Shown here piece after piece: positions 37,226 to 49,653 of a DNA stretch of 64,000 bases. A model generated the notes under the pieces. It searched no databases, was not told the DNA's origin, and was given only the letters and a program-made list of their open reading frames with translations. The stretch is from Convolutriloba macropyga. Taxonomy: Eukaryota. Where the stretch lies: contig NC_134478.1 of the NCBI RefSeq assembly GCF_964194025.1, forward strand, positions 56,420,001-56,484,000, in the 5' to 3' direction. A program made the position numbers and the translations under genes. The first letter of the stretch is position 1, and each line of letters starts with the position of its first letter.

Positions 37226-40200
37226 AAAAGAGAAAATAAAGAAAGGAAAGAGAAAAGACAGAGGAAAGAGAGAAAACGAACGCAGAAAAAGAGAACAGGA
37301 AGAGATGAACAAAAAAGAGAAACGGAGAGAAAACAGAAAAAAAACAGAACAGAAGAGAAAAGACAGAGAAACGAAACACAAAAAAGACAAATGAAAGTGG
37401 GAAAAGCGAAAAGGAAACGAAAAAAAAAAGAAAATCAAGACAAAGGCAAAAAAGAGTGAATGAGTAAAGAAAAAGAGAAAAGAAATCGAGAAACAGAAGA
37501 CAGAAATGAAAAAAAAAGCAATAAAAAAGAGAAAAGCAACAGAGAAAAAAGAGAAAAGGAGAGAAGACAGAAAAAAAGAAATGCAGAAAAAAAGAGCAGG
37601 AAAAGAGAGAAGAAATAGAAAAACAAAAGAGAAAAGACACAGATAAGCAGAAAAGAAAAGAAGAAAAAGGCAAAGAAAAGAAGAGAGAAGAAAGAGAAAG
37701 TAGAGAAAAAAGACAGGAAAAACAGAGAAGAAACCAAACAGAAAAAGAGAAAGAAACAAAAGATAGAAGAAAAAGGAAGGCAAAAGAAAAAGAAGAGAAA
37801 AGAGAGAGAAAATAAGAAACAACAGAAAAAGAAAAGCAGAAAAGAAGAACAGAAAAATAAGAGGAGAGAAAAAGAAGGAGACAAGAGAGACGAAAACGAC
37901 AGAGAACAAAGAGAAAAGCAAGACAGAAAACAGAGGGAGAGAAGAAAGAGAAGAAAGGCAGAAAAAAAGAAACGCAAAAGAAAACAAAAATAGAAAGGAA
38001 AAAGAAAAGAACAAAAACCTAAAGAAAAAACGAAAGAGAGGAACTAATGAGAGAAGAAGGAGAAAGAGAGGCAAAAAGAACAGAAGAGAAAAAGAGAAAA
38101 GAACGAAATAATGAAAAAAAAGAAACAAAAAAGAGAAATGCAGAAAAAAGAATAGAAAAAAAGGAAACGAAGGATAAAGAAGAAAGAGAAAAGAAAGAAA
38201 AGGCAGCAGAAACTCAGAACAGAAGGAGAAAAGCAAGAGAAGGAAAAAACGCAAAAGGAAAGCGAAAAGAACAAAAAACTGAAGAAAAAAACGAAAGAAC
38301 AAAAGAGAAGGATTAGAAAGAAAGGAAAAAAATTGAAAAATAGCAAAGAAAAAAAAAAGAAACTAAAGAGAGAAGAAAGGCAGCAGAAAGAAGAACAGAA
38401 AAGAACAGAAAGGAATGAGAAAAAGAGAAAAGAAAGCCAAAAGAAAGAAAGATGCAATACAGAAGAGAGACAGAAAAGAAAGCGAAAGTAACGAGAGAGA
38501 GGAGACAAAAAAGACACAAAAAACAGAAAAAAGAGAAGAGACAAACTGAAAAAATACAAAGAAGATAAGAAGAGAAAACAACGCGAGAAAAGCAAATCCA
38601 AAAAGAAGGAGAAAAGAAAAAGAAGAGAAAAGCGAGATACAAATGGAGAGAAAAAAGACAAAAGAAAGAGAAAAAGAAACAAAACAGAGAAACAAGAGCG
38701 AAACGAAAAATAGAGAACGAAGAGAAAAGCAAGAAGGTTAAAAAGCAGAGGAAAGGAAGGAAAAAAAGAAAAACATGAAGGAGAGCGAGAAAAAAGAAGG
38801 AGATACAAGAAAGGCAGAAGAGAAAAAAGAGAACAAAAAAAGAAAGAAAGAAAAGAAAAAAAAGAAAGAGAGAAGAGAGGAAAGAGAGAAAAGCTAGCAA
38901 AATGGCAGAGAAGAAAGACAGAAAATAAAGAGAAAAAGAAATGATAAAGAGACAGAAATGAAAGATAGACAAAAAAGAGGAGAAAAGAAAGAAAGACAGA
39001 AGAAACTCAGAAGAGAAAGTGAAAAGCAAGAGAAAGAAGAAACGGAAAGGAAAGCGAACAGAACAAAAATCTGAAAAAAACGGAAGAACAAAAGAGAAGG
39101 ATTAGAAAGAAAGGCGACAAAAAAGATTAGAAAAAGAAAAACAAAGAAGCTAAAGAGAGAAGAAAGGCAGCAGAAAGGAGAACAGAAAAGAAAAAAGAAA
39201 CGAAAGAGAAAGAGAAAAGAAGAGAAAATAAACAGATCAAGAGAAAGACACACAGGAAAGAAAAAAGAAAGCAAAAAATCAAAAGGCAGAAGAAAAGCAG
39301 AAAAAAGGAGAACAGAAAGGAGAGCGACAAAAAAAGGAGACAAAAGAAAGGCAGAAGAGAAAAAAATCAAAAAAGAGACAAAAGACAGAAAAGAAAGAAA
39401 AGCAAAAGAGAAAAGAAAGGAAAGATAGAAAACCAAGAGAGAAAGGCACAGAGAAAAGAGAGAAAAGAAAGAGAAAAAGAAACGATACAGAGAAAAGAGA
39501 AAGAAACGAAAGATTGATAAAGAAGAAAGAAAAGGCAGAAGAAACTCAGAACAGAGAGAAAAGCAAAAGAAAGAAAAAACGAAAGCGAAAGCCAAAAGAA
39601 AGAAAGATGCACTCAAGAAGAGAGACAGAAAAGAAAGCGAAAGGAACGAGAACAGAAAGCGAAAGGAGAGAGAGAGAGAGAGAGGAGAGAAAAAAGACAG
39701 AAAAGAGAGAAGACAGAAACTTGAAAAAACACAAAGAAGATATGGAGAGAAAACGCGAGAAAAGCAAATCAGAAAAGAAAAGAAAAAGAAGAGAAAAGCA
39801 AGATACCAATGGAGAAAAAAAGACAAAAGAAAGAGAAAAAGAAACAATACAGAGAACAGAGAACGAAACGAACGATAGAGAGCGAAGAGGAAAGCAAGAA
39901 AGTCAAAAAGTAGAAGAAAGGCAGAAAAAAGAGAAAAACAGAAAGGAGAGCGAGAAAAAAGGAGATAAAAGAAAGGCAGAAGAGAACAAAAAGGAGAGAA
40001 AGAAAGAAGGCAGAAAAGAAAGAAAAGCAAGAGAAAAACTAGAGAGAAAGGGAGAGAAAAAAGACAGAAAATAAAGTGAAAAAGAAACGATACAGAGAAA
40101 AGAGACAGAAAGGAAAGAGAAAGAGGAGAAAAGAAAGAAAAGACAGAAGAAACTCAGAATAGAAAGAGAAAAGCAAGAGAAAGAAAAAAACGGAAAGGAA

Positions 40201-43200
40201 AGCGAAAAGAACAAAAAACTGAAGAAAAAACGGAATAGAAGTACACAATAGAGAAGGATTTGAAATAAAGGCAAAAAAATGAATAGAAGAAACAAAAAAC
40301 AAAACAAACGGGAGAAGAAAAGCAGAAAGAAGAACAGAAAAGAAGAAAGAAACAAAAGAGAGAAGAAAAGAAGAGAAAAGAAAGAGATCAAGAGAAAGAC
40401 AGAAAGGAAAGAGATCAAGAGAAAGACAGAAAGGAAAGAGAAAAGAAAGCGACAAGAAAGAAAGAAGCGAAAGAGAATACAGAGAAAGAGAGAGGAAAGA
40501 AAAAAGACAAAAAAAAACAAAAAAAGAGAAGACAGAAACCTAAAAAAATACAAAGAAGGTAGAAAAAACAAAGTCAGAAAAGCAAATCAGAAAAGGAGAA
40601 AAGAAAACAAAGAGAAAAGCAGGATACAAATGGTGAGAAAAAAGACAGAAAAGAAAGAAAAAACAATACAGAAAAGAGAACAAAACGAAAGAGAAAGAAG
40701 AGAAAAGCAAGAAAACAGAAAGCAGAAAGGCAGAAAAAAGGAGAAAAACAGAAAGAGATAAAAGAAAGGCAGAAGAATACAACAACGAAAACAGAAAAAG
40801 ACACAAAAGACAGAAAGAAAGAAAAGGCAGAAAAGAAGGACAGGAAAAAAAGAAAGCAACAGAAAGACAGAAAAGAAAGAAAGAAGCAAGAGAAGAGAGA
40901 GAAAAATGAGAAGGAATGAGAAACTGAAGCGAGAAACGAGAGAGAGAGAGAAAAGCACGACGGAAAAGCAAGAGGTATACAAAAGAGAGAAACGAAAGAT
41001 GAGAAAAGACAGAGAGTAGAAAACGGAAAAAAAGAATAGAAATAGGAAAGAAAGAAAAAAAGAGAGAAAAGAAAGACAGAAAAGCGAGAGATAAACGAAA
41101 GAGAGAAAAGATAGAAGACAAAGGACAGACAGAGGAAAACAGGAAAAAAAGATTAGGAGAAAAAAAGAAAAAGAATAGAGAAAAGAAAGACAACAGAGAA
41201 CAAAGCAACAAAGGAAGGGAAAAAAGAAACGAGAAACTGAAGAGCAGCTAAGGAGGAACGGAAGAGAAAAAAGAATGAGAAAAAGAAAGATAGATAAAAA
41301 GAACAGAAAAGAAAGAAAGAAATATAGAAAAGAAAAAGACAAAAAAAATAGAAGACAGAAAAGAAATACAGAGAAAAGAAATAAAAAATAAAGAGAAAGG
41401 GGGAGAGAAAAGACTTAAAGAGAGAAAACAGATACAGAAAAAAGAAAAACAGAAAGAGAAAAGATATACAGAAAAATACAAAAGAAAGAGAAAAGCGAAA
41501 GAGAAAAAGCTGAAAAACGGAGAGAAAATAGAAAGAGAAAAGAAAGACAGAAAAGAAAGAGACAATAGAATTAAAAAAAAGACAGATAAAAGAGAGAAAA
41601 GACAGAAACGAAAGAAAGAAAAGACAGACAAATCAAAAGACAGAAGAGAAACAAAAAACAGAGAAAATAAAGAGAGAAAAAACGGTAGAGAAGAAAAACA
41701 GAAAAAAAAGAGACGAAAGACAGAAAAGAAAGAGAAAAAGCAAGAGAGAAAAGAAAGAGAGAAAAGCAGGAGAGAAAAGAAAGAAACGAAAGAAAAGACG
41801 GGCAGAAAAGAAGGACAGAAAAAAAGAGGAAAGAGAATAAAGAAAGCCAGGAAAGGCAGACAGTAAAAAAAAGAGAAACGAGAGAAAAGCGAGAGATAAA
41901 CGAAAGAGAAGAAAGAAAGAAGAGAAGACACAGACAGAAGAAAACAGAGAACGAACCACTAGAAAAGAAAAGCAAAAGAGAAAACAGAGAGGAAAAAGAT
42001 ACGAGAAACCAAAGAGAAGCGGAAGAGGAACAAAGAGAAAAAAGAATGAGAAAAAGAAAAACAAAGAAACAGACAAAAGAAAGAGAAAAAACAGAGAAAG
42101 GAAAGAAAGAAAAGAAAAATGAAAATACAGAAAAGAAAAAGAAAGAAAATAAAGAAAGAAAGAAAGAAATAAAGAGAGAAAAGGAAAAAAACGAAAGAGA
42201 AAATAAAGGCAGAAAAGAAGAACAGAAAAAAAGAGGAGTAAGAAAAAAAAGACAAACAAAAGACAAAAGAGACAGACAGGAAATACAGAAAAGAGAGAGA
42301 AAAGCAAGAGATAAACGAAAGAGAGAAAAGAAAGAAGAGAACAGACAGACAGAAGAAAAGAGAAAAAGCAAATAGAAAGAGAAAAACAAACAGAAGGGAG
42401 AAAAGAAAGACGGAAACGAAAGTCAGAAAAGAAAGCGAGAAAAGAAAGACGGAAGAGAAAAAACAAAAGGAGGGAAAAAAGACAAAAAAGACAGACAGGA
42501 AAAACAGAAAAGAGAAAGAAAAGCAAGAGAGAAAAGCAAGAGATAATCGAAAGAAGAGAATAGACAGACAGACGAAAACAAAAAACGAATTGAAAGAAGA
42601 AAGAAACAGAAGGGAGAAAAAGACAGAAAAGAAAGAGAAAAGCAAGAGAGAAAAAAAAGACAGAGACAAAACAGAGGAAGGAACGACTGAAAAGAACGAC
42701 AGAAAAGCAAAAGAGAAATACTAAGGAAAAAAGACACGAGAAACTAAAGAGAAGCGGAAAAGGAACAAGAAAAACGAATCAGAAAATGAAAGACAGATAA
42801 AAAGAACAGAAAACCAAGAGAGATAGAGAGAAAAAAGAAAGATAGAAAAGAAAAAGACAAAAGAGAGAAAATACAGAAAAGAAAGAAAGGAAAGCCAAAG
42901 AGAGGGGTGAAAAGAAAAAGTGAAAAATGAAATACAGAAAGAAAAAAACGAGAGAGAAAAGCAAGAGAAGAAAGACAGAAAAAAGCTACAGAAAAAAGCA
43001 CGACAGAAAAGAAAAGCAAAAAAGAAAAACAGAAAGGAAAAAAGACAAGAACAACTAAAGAGAAGACAATAGAGAGACAGACGAAAAGAACAAAAAATCG
43101 AATAGAGAAAGAAAAGAAAGAAACAAGAGATGAAAAGACAGAAACGAAAAACAGAAAAAGGAGAGAAAAGCATTAGAGACAAAAAAGACAGAAAAAAAGA

Positions 43201-43525
43201 GAAAAGAACGAGACAACTGAGAAAAGAACGACTGAAAAAAAAGATAAAAGAAAAAGAGAAGAAGAGAAAAGAAAAGAATACGAAAAACTAAAGACAAGCG
43301 GAAGAGGAACAAAGAGAAAAAGAATGAGAAAAAGGAAGACAGATAAAAAGAACAGAAAACAAAAAGAGAGAAATACAAAAAAGACAGAAAAGGAATACAG
43401 AAAAGAAAGAGGAAAACGAAAGAGGGTTGAGAAAATTGAGCGAAAGAGAAAAGAAATACTGAAAGAAAAAGAACAACGAAAGAGAGAAAAGATACAGAAA
43501 AAAGACACAAGAAAGAGAAAAGAAA
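37226..43525 (+). repeat. Polypurine low-complexity tract, ~6.3 kb, with higher-order internal duplications
   Basis: Mostly A/G, sparse C, rare T. Recurrent words GAGAAAAGCAAGAGA, AGACAGAAAA, AAGGCAGAA, AAACGAAA, ATACAGAA. Confidence 0.95.
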
Positions 43526-43639
43526 TTTCAACAATCTGTTGAGAATTTAAAAACGCTACACAAAATCTTGACCGTATTGCATTTCCATCTAAGTGATTCA
43601 ATTTTCTTTATAATTTTTTCATCATTTAAATGGACAATT

Positions 43640-44070
43640 TTTCATCTTCGATTTCATTTCGGACTTTTGCTTAAAGAATATTTATTCTGTCAATATCTGT
43701 GATGCATCTCACATGTCATTCAAGGACTGTTTTCGTGTGACACATTTTTCTGCGATTTAAAAAATTTTTGTACGCAGGTTTTCAGTCATTAACCTATTTT
43801 TGCATCCACGGCTAATAATTCATTGACCTTTACGTCATAAGTAGCTTTTAAGTCATTCACCTATTTTTGCATCCACAATTTTTCGGTCGTTGACCTTTTT
43901 GGCATAGGCAGCTTTTCGGACATTGGCAACTTTTCGGTCAATGACCTATTTTTGCATCCACGGCTGATCAGTGATTGACCTTTACGGCTTAGGTAGCCTT
44001 TCGGTCAAAGAATATTCTGGCAATGGCAAGTTTTTGGTCATTGACTCTTTTTAAAATGCATGCAAAACAA
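43640..44070 (+). repeat. GA-tract element cassette R3 (GGTCA(A/T)TGACC...TTTTTGCATCC subrepeats)
   Basis: Inverse of 15960-16380. Related subrepeats also occur at ~48600-48790. Confidence 0.75.
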
Positions 44071-44135
44071 TATGCCGCATGGTGTTCAGTGGCTCTGTCA
44101 TCGTTGAATTAATAGATGCTTAAGAGCAAGGCAAT

Positions 44136-44199
44136 TAGCCTAGTGGTTTGCGAACGTTTTCATACCCTGATCGAACTCAACAGACCCTGGTTCGAGTCC
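44136..44199 (+). promoter_or_regulatory. Pol III type-2 promoter (tRNA/SINE-like A and B boxes)
   Basis: A box TAGCCTAGTGG (44136-44146) and B box GGTTCGAGTCC (44189-44199) both fit consensus, 42 nt apart. Confidence 0.6.
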
Positions 44200-44319
44200 A
44201 CCTCGCAGCGCTCAAAATGCATGCAAAACGGTAGGCTGCATGTTTAAGGGGCTTTAAAACATGTGAAGATTAGGAGCTTAAACGTGGTGACATAGCACTC
44301 GAGTTAGAATTAATATATA

Positions 44320-44630
44320 GACTAACAGGCCCGCAAAAGCATAACAAGATATTTAAAAGAATAGAAGTTTTAAAATTGATTTTTTTCTCGTACCACTTTG
44401 GGCTGGAACATATGCCACTCGTTCAACAGTCATAGGTATTACGTTACGTTACCGATGTGTTGGATTTAGTATATTACCCCCAAGTACCAGAAATTTTGTG
44501 TTCAATTTTTTTGGCTCTGATAATTTGCATATTTAACGAGCGCTAAAACTTGTACAGATAGCGAACTTCTACATGGTGGCTTAGCGTAACTCATTGAAAA
44601 CATACGTTAGGCTGCATGTGTGAGGAGCGT
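44320..44630 (+). repeat. GA-tract element cassette L, second + strand copy
   Basis: Homologous to 36878-37225. Confidence 0.85.
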
Positions 44631-47063
44631 AAAAAGAGATATGGAAGGACAAAACAGACAAAAAAAGAGGAATGTGAAAGAGGAGCATAAAAGAATGTGA
44701 AAAGAAATAAACGAAAAAATGAAAAGAGACAGAGGACAAAAGAGAAAAAAAGACTGAAAAGAAAGAGAGAAAAGCAAGATCAAAAAGGAGAGAAAAAAGA
44801 CAGAAAAATAAGACAAAATAGAGAGAAAAGAGAAAAAAGAGAAAAGACATAAAAGACAAATGAAAGGAGAAAAGAAAAACAAACGGAAAAAAAGAAAAGC
44901 AAGAGAAAAAAGAGAGACAGTGAAGAAAAAGACAATGGACAGAAAAGCGAGAGAAAAGAAAGAAAAATGAAGGACAGAAAAGAATGAGACAAAAGAGAAG
45001 TAAAAAAGAAAAGATAAAAGCAAGAGAAAAGTAAGAGACAAAAACAAGAGATGAAAGATAGAAGTAAAAAAGGCAGAAAAGAGAGAGAAGAGAAAAAGGG
45101 AAAAGAGAGAAACAAATGAGAACAGAAAGGAAGAGAAAAGAACAAGAGAAAGGTAAAAGAAAGATAGAAAACACAGAATTGAGAAACAGGAAAGAAAAAA
45201 AAGCAAGAGAAAAAGGAAAGAGAAAAGCAAGAGAGAAAAGAAAGACAGAGCAAAGCGAGAGAAACAGAGAAACAGTAGAGAAAAAAATGGACAGAAAAGG
45301 AAGAGAGAAAAGAAAGAAGCGAAAGAGAAAAAAGGAAACAAAAAACAAAAGACAAAAGAGAAAAAAGCAAAAAAGAAAAGAGAAAAGCTAGAGAGAAAAG
45401 GAGAGAAAAAGACACCAAAAGACAAAATAGAGAGAAAAGACGAAAAAGAGAAGACATAAACGACAAATGAAAGAGAAAAGAAAAACAAACGAAAAAAAAA
45501 GAAAAGCAAGAGAAAAAAGTAAAGAAAAAAGATGGACAGAAAAGGGAAAAGAGAGAGAAATGAAAGACAGAAAAAAAGACAAAATAGAGAAATAAAAAAA
45601 GAGAAAAACAAGAGAGAATTAAGAGAGAAAAGCAGGAGAAAAAGAGAGAGAAACAAGAGATGAAAGATAAAAGTGGCAGAAAAGAAAGAGGCAGAAAAGA
45701 AAGAGAAGAGAAAAAAGAAACAAATGAGAAAAGAAAGGAAGAGAAAAGAACAAGAGAAAGAGGTAAAATAAAGATAGAAAACACACAGAATTGAGAAACA
45801 GGTAAGAGAGAAAAGCAAGAGAAAAACGAAAGAGAAAAGCAAGAGAGAAAAGAAAGTCAGAAAATACAGAGCAAAGCGAGAGAAACAGAGAAAAAGTAGA
45901 GAAAAAAGGATGGACAGAAAAGGAAGAGAGAAAAGAAAGAGAAGCAAAAGAGAGAAAAGAAAGAGAAACGAAAGACAGAAAAGAAAAGAGACAAAAGAAA
46001 TGAAAAGCAAGAGAAAAGAGAAAAGACGAAAAAGCAAGAGAAACGGCAAAAAAGACAGAGAAAAGCTAGAGAAAAACAAAGGAAAAAGGAAAGAACAAGA
46101 AAAGGGAGGCAGGAGATAAAAGAGAGGCAGGAAGGAGAGAAAACGAATGCGAAAAAAGGCAGGAAAAAACCAAAAAAAAAAGAAAATAGAAAAGCAATAG
46201 AGGAAAGACAAAAACGAAATACAGAGAAGGTAAGAGAAAAAAAAGACAGAAGACAAAGAAAGGCAAGTCAGACCAAAAAGAACAGAAGAGAAGGAGAGAG
46301 ACAGAACAGAAAAAGACAAGAAACAAAAAGAGGCAGAAAAGACAAAGAGAGAAATTAGACAAAAGAAAGACAGAAACAAAAGACAGAGAAGAAAGAGAAA
46401 AGGAAGACCAAAATGACGGAAAAGCAAGCGAGAAATAAAGAGAGAAGCTAAGGAGAAACAAAAGAGAAAAAGGAGGAGAAAAATGAATGGCAGAAAAACA
46501 GAACAGAAAAAAAACAAGAAAAGCAGAAGAGCAAATCGAAAGGCAGAAAATAAAAAGAGAAAGAAAGTAAGCGAAAACGTAAAGAGTAAAAAGAGGAAAA
46601 GAACAGAAAAAAAGAGACTAAAGAGCAAAAAGAGAAGAGAACAACAAAAGAGAAAGAGACAACGAATGAGGCAGAAAAAAAGAACAGAAAGAGGAAACAA
46701 GAATAGCGGAAAAGAAAGAGCAAAGTAAGAGAGAAAAGGAAAACAGAACGGAAACAGCAAAGGACGACAAACTAAGGAGAAATGAAAGCGGAACGAAAGA
46801 AAAAAGATAAAAAGACTCAGAAAAAGAACGGCAGAAAAAAACAAGAGAAAAGGAAAGACATGTAAAATACAAAAAAAAACAAAACAGAAAAGAGGCAGAA
46901 CAGACGAACAGCAAAATTGAAAGAAATAAAAGAGAAACGAAAAGCAGAAAAGAGAGAAAAACAGGAAGACGAAAATTGGAAAGGATATGAAAGAGAGAAG
47001 AGCAAGAGAAAAAAGGAAAAGCGAGAGAAAATACAGAAAAGAAAGAAAAGCAAGACAAAAAAA
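44631..47063 (+). repeat. Polypurine tract, ~2.4 kb
   Basis: Same vocabulary as the 6.3-kb tract, with an internal ~610-bp duplication (~44800-45330 vs ~45420-45940). Confidence 0.95.
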
Positions 47064-47576
47064 TTCAAACATAGCTGGCAGATTGCCAGAGAATAGCCGC
47101 AATAGCTTCGTAGACCTGCAGTCTAAAAAAAAGTTAAAAGAACAGACCAAAAAAATTCGTCTTTTCATTCAAGGCTGATATGTTATATTTTGATAAAAAA
47201 TCTTTATAAGTTTTTGCTGCCTCTATAAGCTGCTCTCAAATAACCTTCATTTAGAGTGACACACACCCATTTGACCTTATCTCTTTGAATTAAAGTAAAT
47301 AGAAGTTAATTCAAAGTGAGGAAGTCATTTTTGAGAGTGGGATAGGTCAAGTGTGACCAAAACTTTAATCACAGCGACTGAACGAAAAAACTCGCTTCGC
47401 TAAGATCGAAAAATGACGTCACGCACGCATTTCAGTTGAAATTATATGAACGAATGAACAAAAAGCAGATTTGAAGGGGTTGTGACGTCATATGGAAGTA
47501 AAAAAATCCTTACAACGAAATAAAAAACCAAGAGAAGGCTAAAATAGCCCCAGCTATCTCTGTGCGGCTATTAAAA
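47064..47576 (+). repeat. GA-tract element cassettes R1+L2 (spacer between two tracts), with two TGACGTCA sites
   Basis: Begins TCAAACATAGCTGGCAGATTGCC. Inverse of 10062-10515, 19040-19087, 8541-8597 and 18527-18585. TGACGTCA at 47414 and 47483. Confidence 0.85.
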
Positions 47577-48075
47577 AGAAAAGAACAGGAAAATAAAGAC
47601 AGTAACGAAAGAGAAAAAAGAAATGAGCAAAAAGAAAGGCAGAAGAAAAGAACAGAAAAGAAAAAGACAGACGAAAGAGAAGAAAGACAGGAAAGAAATA
47701 CAGAAAGGAAGGAGAGAAAAGCAAGAGAGAAAAGGAGAAAGAGGGGCAAACTAAAGACAGAAACGAAAGAGAGGAACAAATATTTCAAAATTGATATAAA
47801 AGAAAGGCAAAAAAAAGACCGGAAAAAAGACAAAGAAAGAAAGACAGGAAAGAAATACAGAACAGAAAGAGAAAAGGCCGAGAAAAAAACAGAAAGGAGA
47901 GAAGAAACGAAATAAAACGAAGACAGAAAAAAATCATATTAAAGAGAAGCGAACAGAAAGCGAAACGCAAAAAGAGAAAAAATACAGAAGGGACAGAGAA
48001 AGGGAATAAACGAAAAAGCAAAACGAAAGAAAAGAGAGAAAAGCTCTTCCTTCGAGAGTACGAAAGAAAAATAGA
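47577..48075 (+). repeat. Polypurine tract, ~0.5 kb
   Basis: Same vocabulary; followed by cassette R2 (~48085-48270). Confidence 0.9.
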
Positions 48076-49293
48076 ATCAATTCTTTTCGCAGGCTAACTC
48101 TTCATTTGATCTAGAAAAAACCTGGCAACAAATGATGCAGTTAATTAAACTTCAGTTTAAAAACTTTCATGAGACAAAGATCAAGCAAAACCGAAAACAA
48201 ATGAAGATTGTTCAACAATATCATATCGTTCACACAGCAAATCGTTCTGATTAAAGCATCGCAACAATTTGTGTTCAGGAGAAGTTAAAGACTCTAAAGA
48301 AACTTAACGCCCGGTGGGTGCAACCTGTTTATCCCGTTTTTAAAGACAAAGTCAAATGGGCCAAAAAGAATCGGATGAAAAAGAATCGGAAGAAAAATCG
48401 CACGAAAAAGACCAACAGGACTAATATAATTGCTACAAACTTCGTTTGAGAGCATTTAAATAGAGTAGTTTAACCTCATATGCTGGCAACCAGCATATTG
48501 TCAATGGAATAACAAGAAATCATTGAAAGGCCAAAAATAGCAAAACCCTCTTTTTGGATCTATTTCTAATTGACATTTTTCGGTAAATAACTTCATAACT
48601 TCTTGCATCCCTGTTTTTTTTTGCGGCGCGTAAACCTTTTTGCAGCTGGATTATCGGTCATTGACTCTTTTTGCATTTAGGTTAATGACTTTTTGCATTT
48701 AGGTCAATGACTCTTTTGCAGTCTGCGCTTTTTCGGACATTGACCTTTTACGAGAGCAATTTTTTGGTCATTGACCTCTCACAATCTGCCCTCTTAACCA
48801 TGCTGCTCAACAGCTCTTAAACATGCTCTTCGATAGCTCTTAAACACGCTCTTCAGAGGCCTCTTAAACGTGCATTTTCGCCTTTCGTTAAACACGGTGC
48901 CTTATAAACTGTCATGCATTTAATATATAGGATAAGTGAGCAAGATGATAGCATCTTTTTTCATCTACGACCATCAAAAGTAGTTCAATCAAAATGATAT
49001 TGCTTACAGTTTGTTCAATTTGGTTTTATATTAGTTTTATTTCACAAAAAAACTGAAGTCCATTTGTTTACAATTAAATATCAGGTTTAAACCTTGCGTT
49101 TGTTTATCCGGTAAACAATTACAAACAAATTTTATAATAATTGGTTTCTGTCATTTTGTCCGAGAACTTTGACTCGTTCAATATTAGATTAAATTGATGA
49201 TGATGGCCTAATATTTTTCATCCACCGGCTTGAAGTAAACTTAAAATAGGCAAAATATTTTTTACCGATTGTTGTTTATGTTACCATTGAAAA

Positions 49294-49427
49294 ATGAAAG
49301 ACTTCTTTTTTGTGAAGATTGCTCTTTTTATTGCGTTCTACACTTCTATCACATTTGGTTTTACATCACTTGATTTCGTCCTACCAGATCTGGAAATTAA
49401 AATTGGGCGCGACTGCTTTCGTTACAG
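49294..49427 (+). CDS. Secreted peptide gene B, exon 1 (MKDFFFVKIALFIAFYTSITFGFTSLDFVLPDLEIKIGRDCFRY + AG)
   Basis: ATG at 49294, hydrophobic signal peptide, SLDFxxPD and C-x-R-(Y/F) shared with gene A. Donor CAG|GTTAAA, phase 2, at the same codon as the gene A intron. Confidence 0.82.
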
Positions 49428-49653
49428 GTTAAAACCTAGCTAAAACAGAGTTTGAACTTAAAGGGCGCAAAGTCGAGGTGTCACCAGTAAAAGTTGTTAA
49501 ACAATGTAAGATTTCCGGTCAGTCCGGCGAGTGATTGCAAAAAGTATTGTGAGTGTGGTGAAATTTCAAATTAAAAAAAGAATCAGTGAGGAAAAGGCAG
49601 TGTAACTTTAATGTACAAAATGTAAAGTAATGTTAATAATTGAAATCATTTCC

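Noticed and set aside
37134-48021. Long ORFs up to 853 aa in the purine tracts
   Set aside because: Same compositional artefact. Internal repeats differ by frame-breaking indels, so there is no sign of coding constraint.
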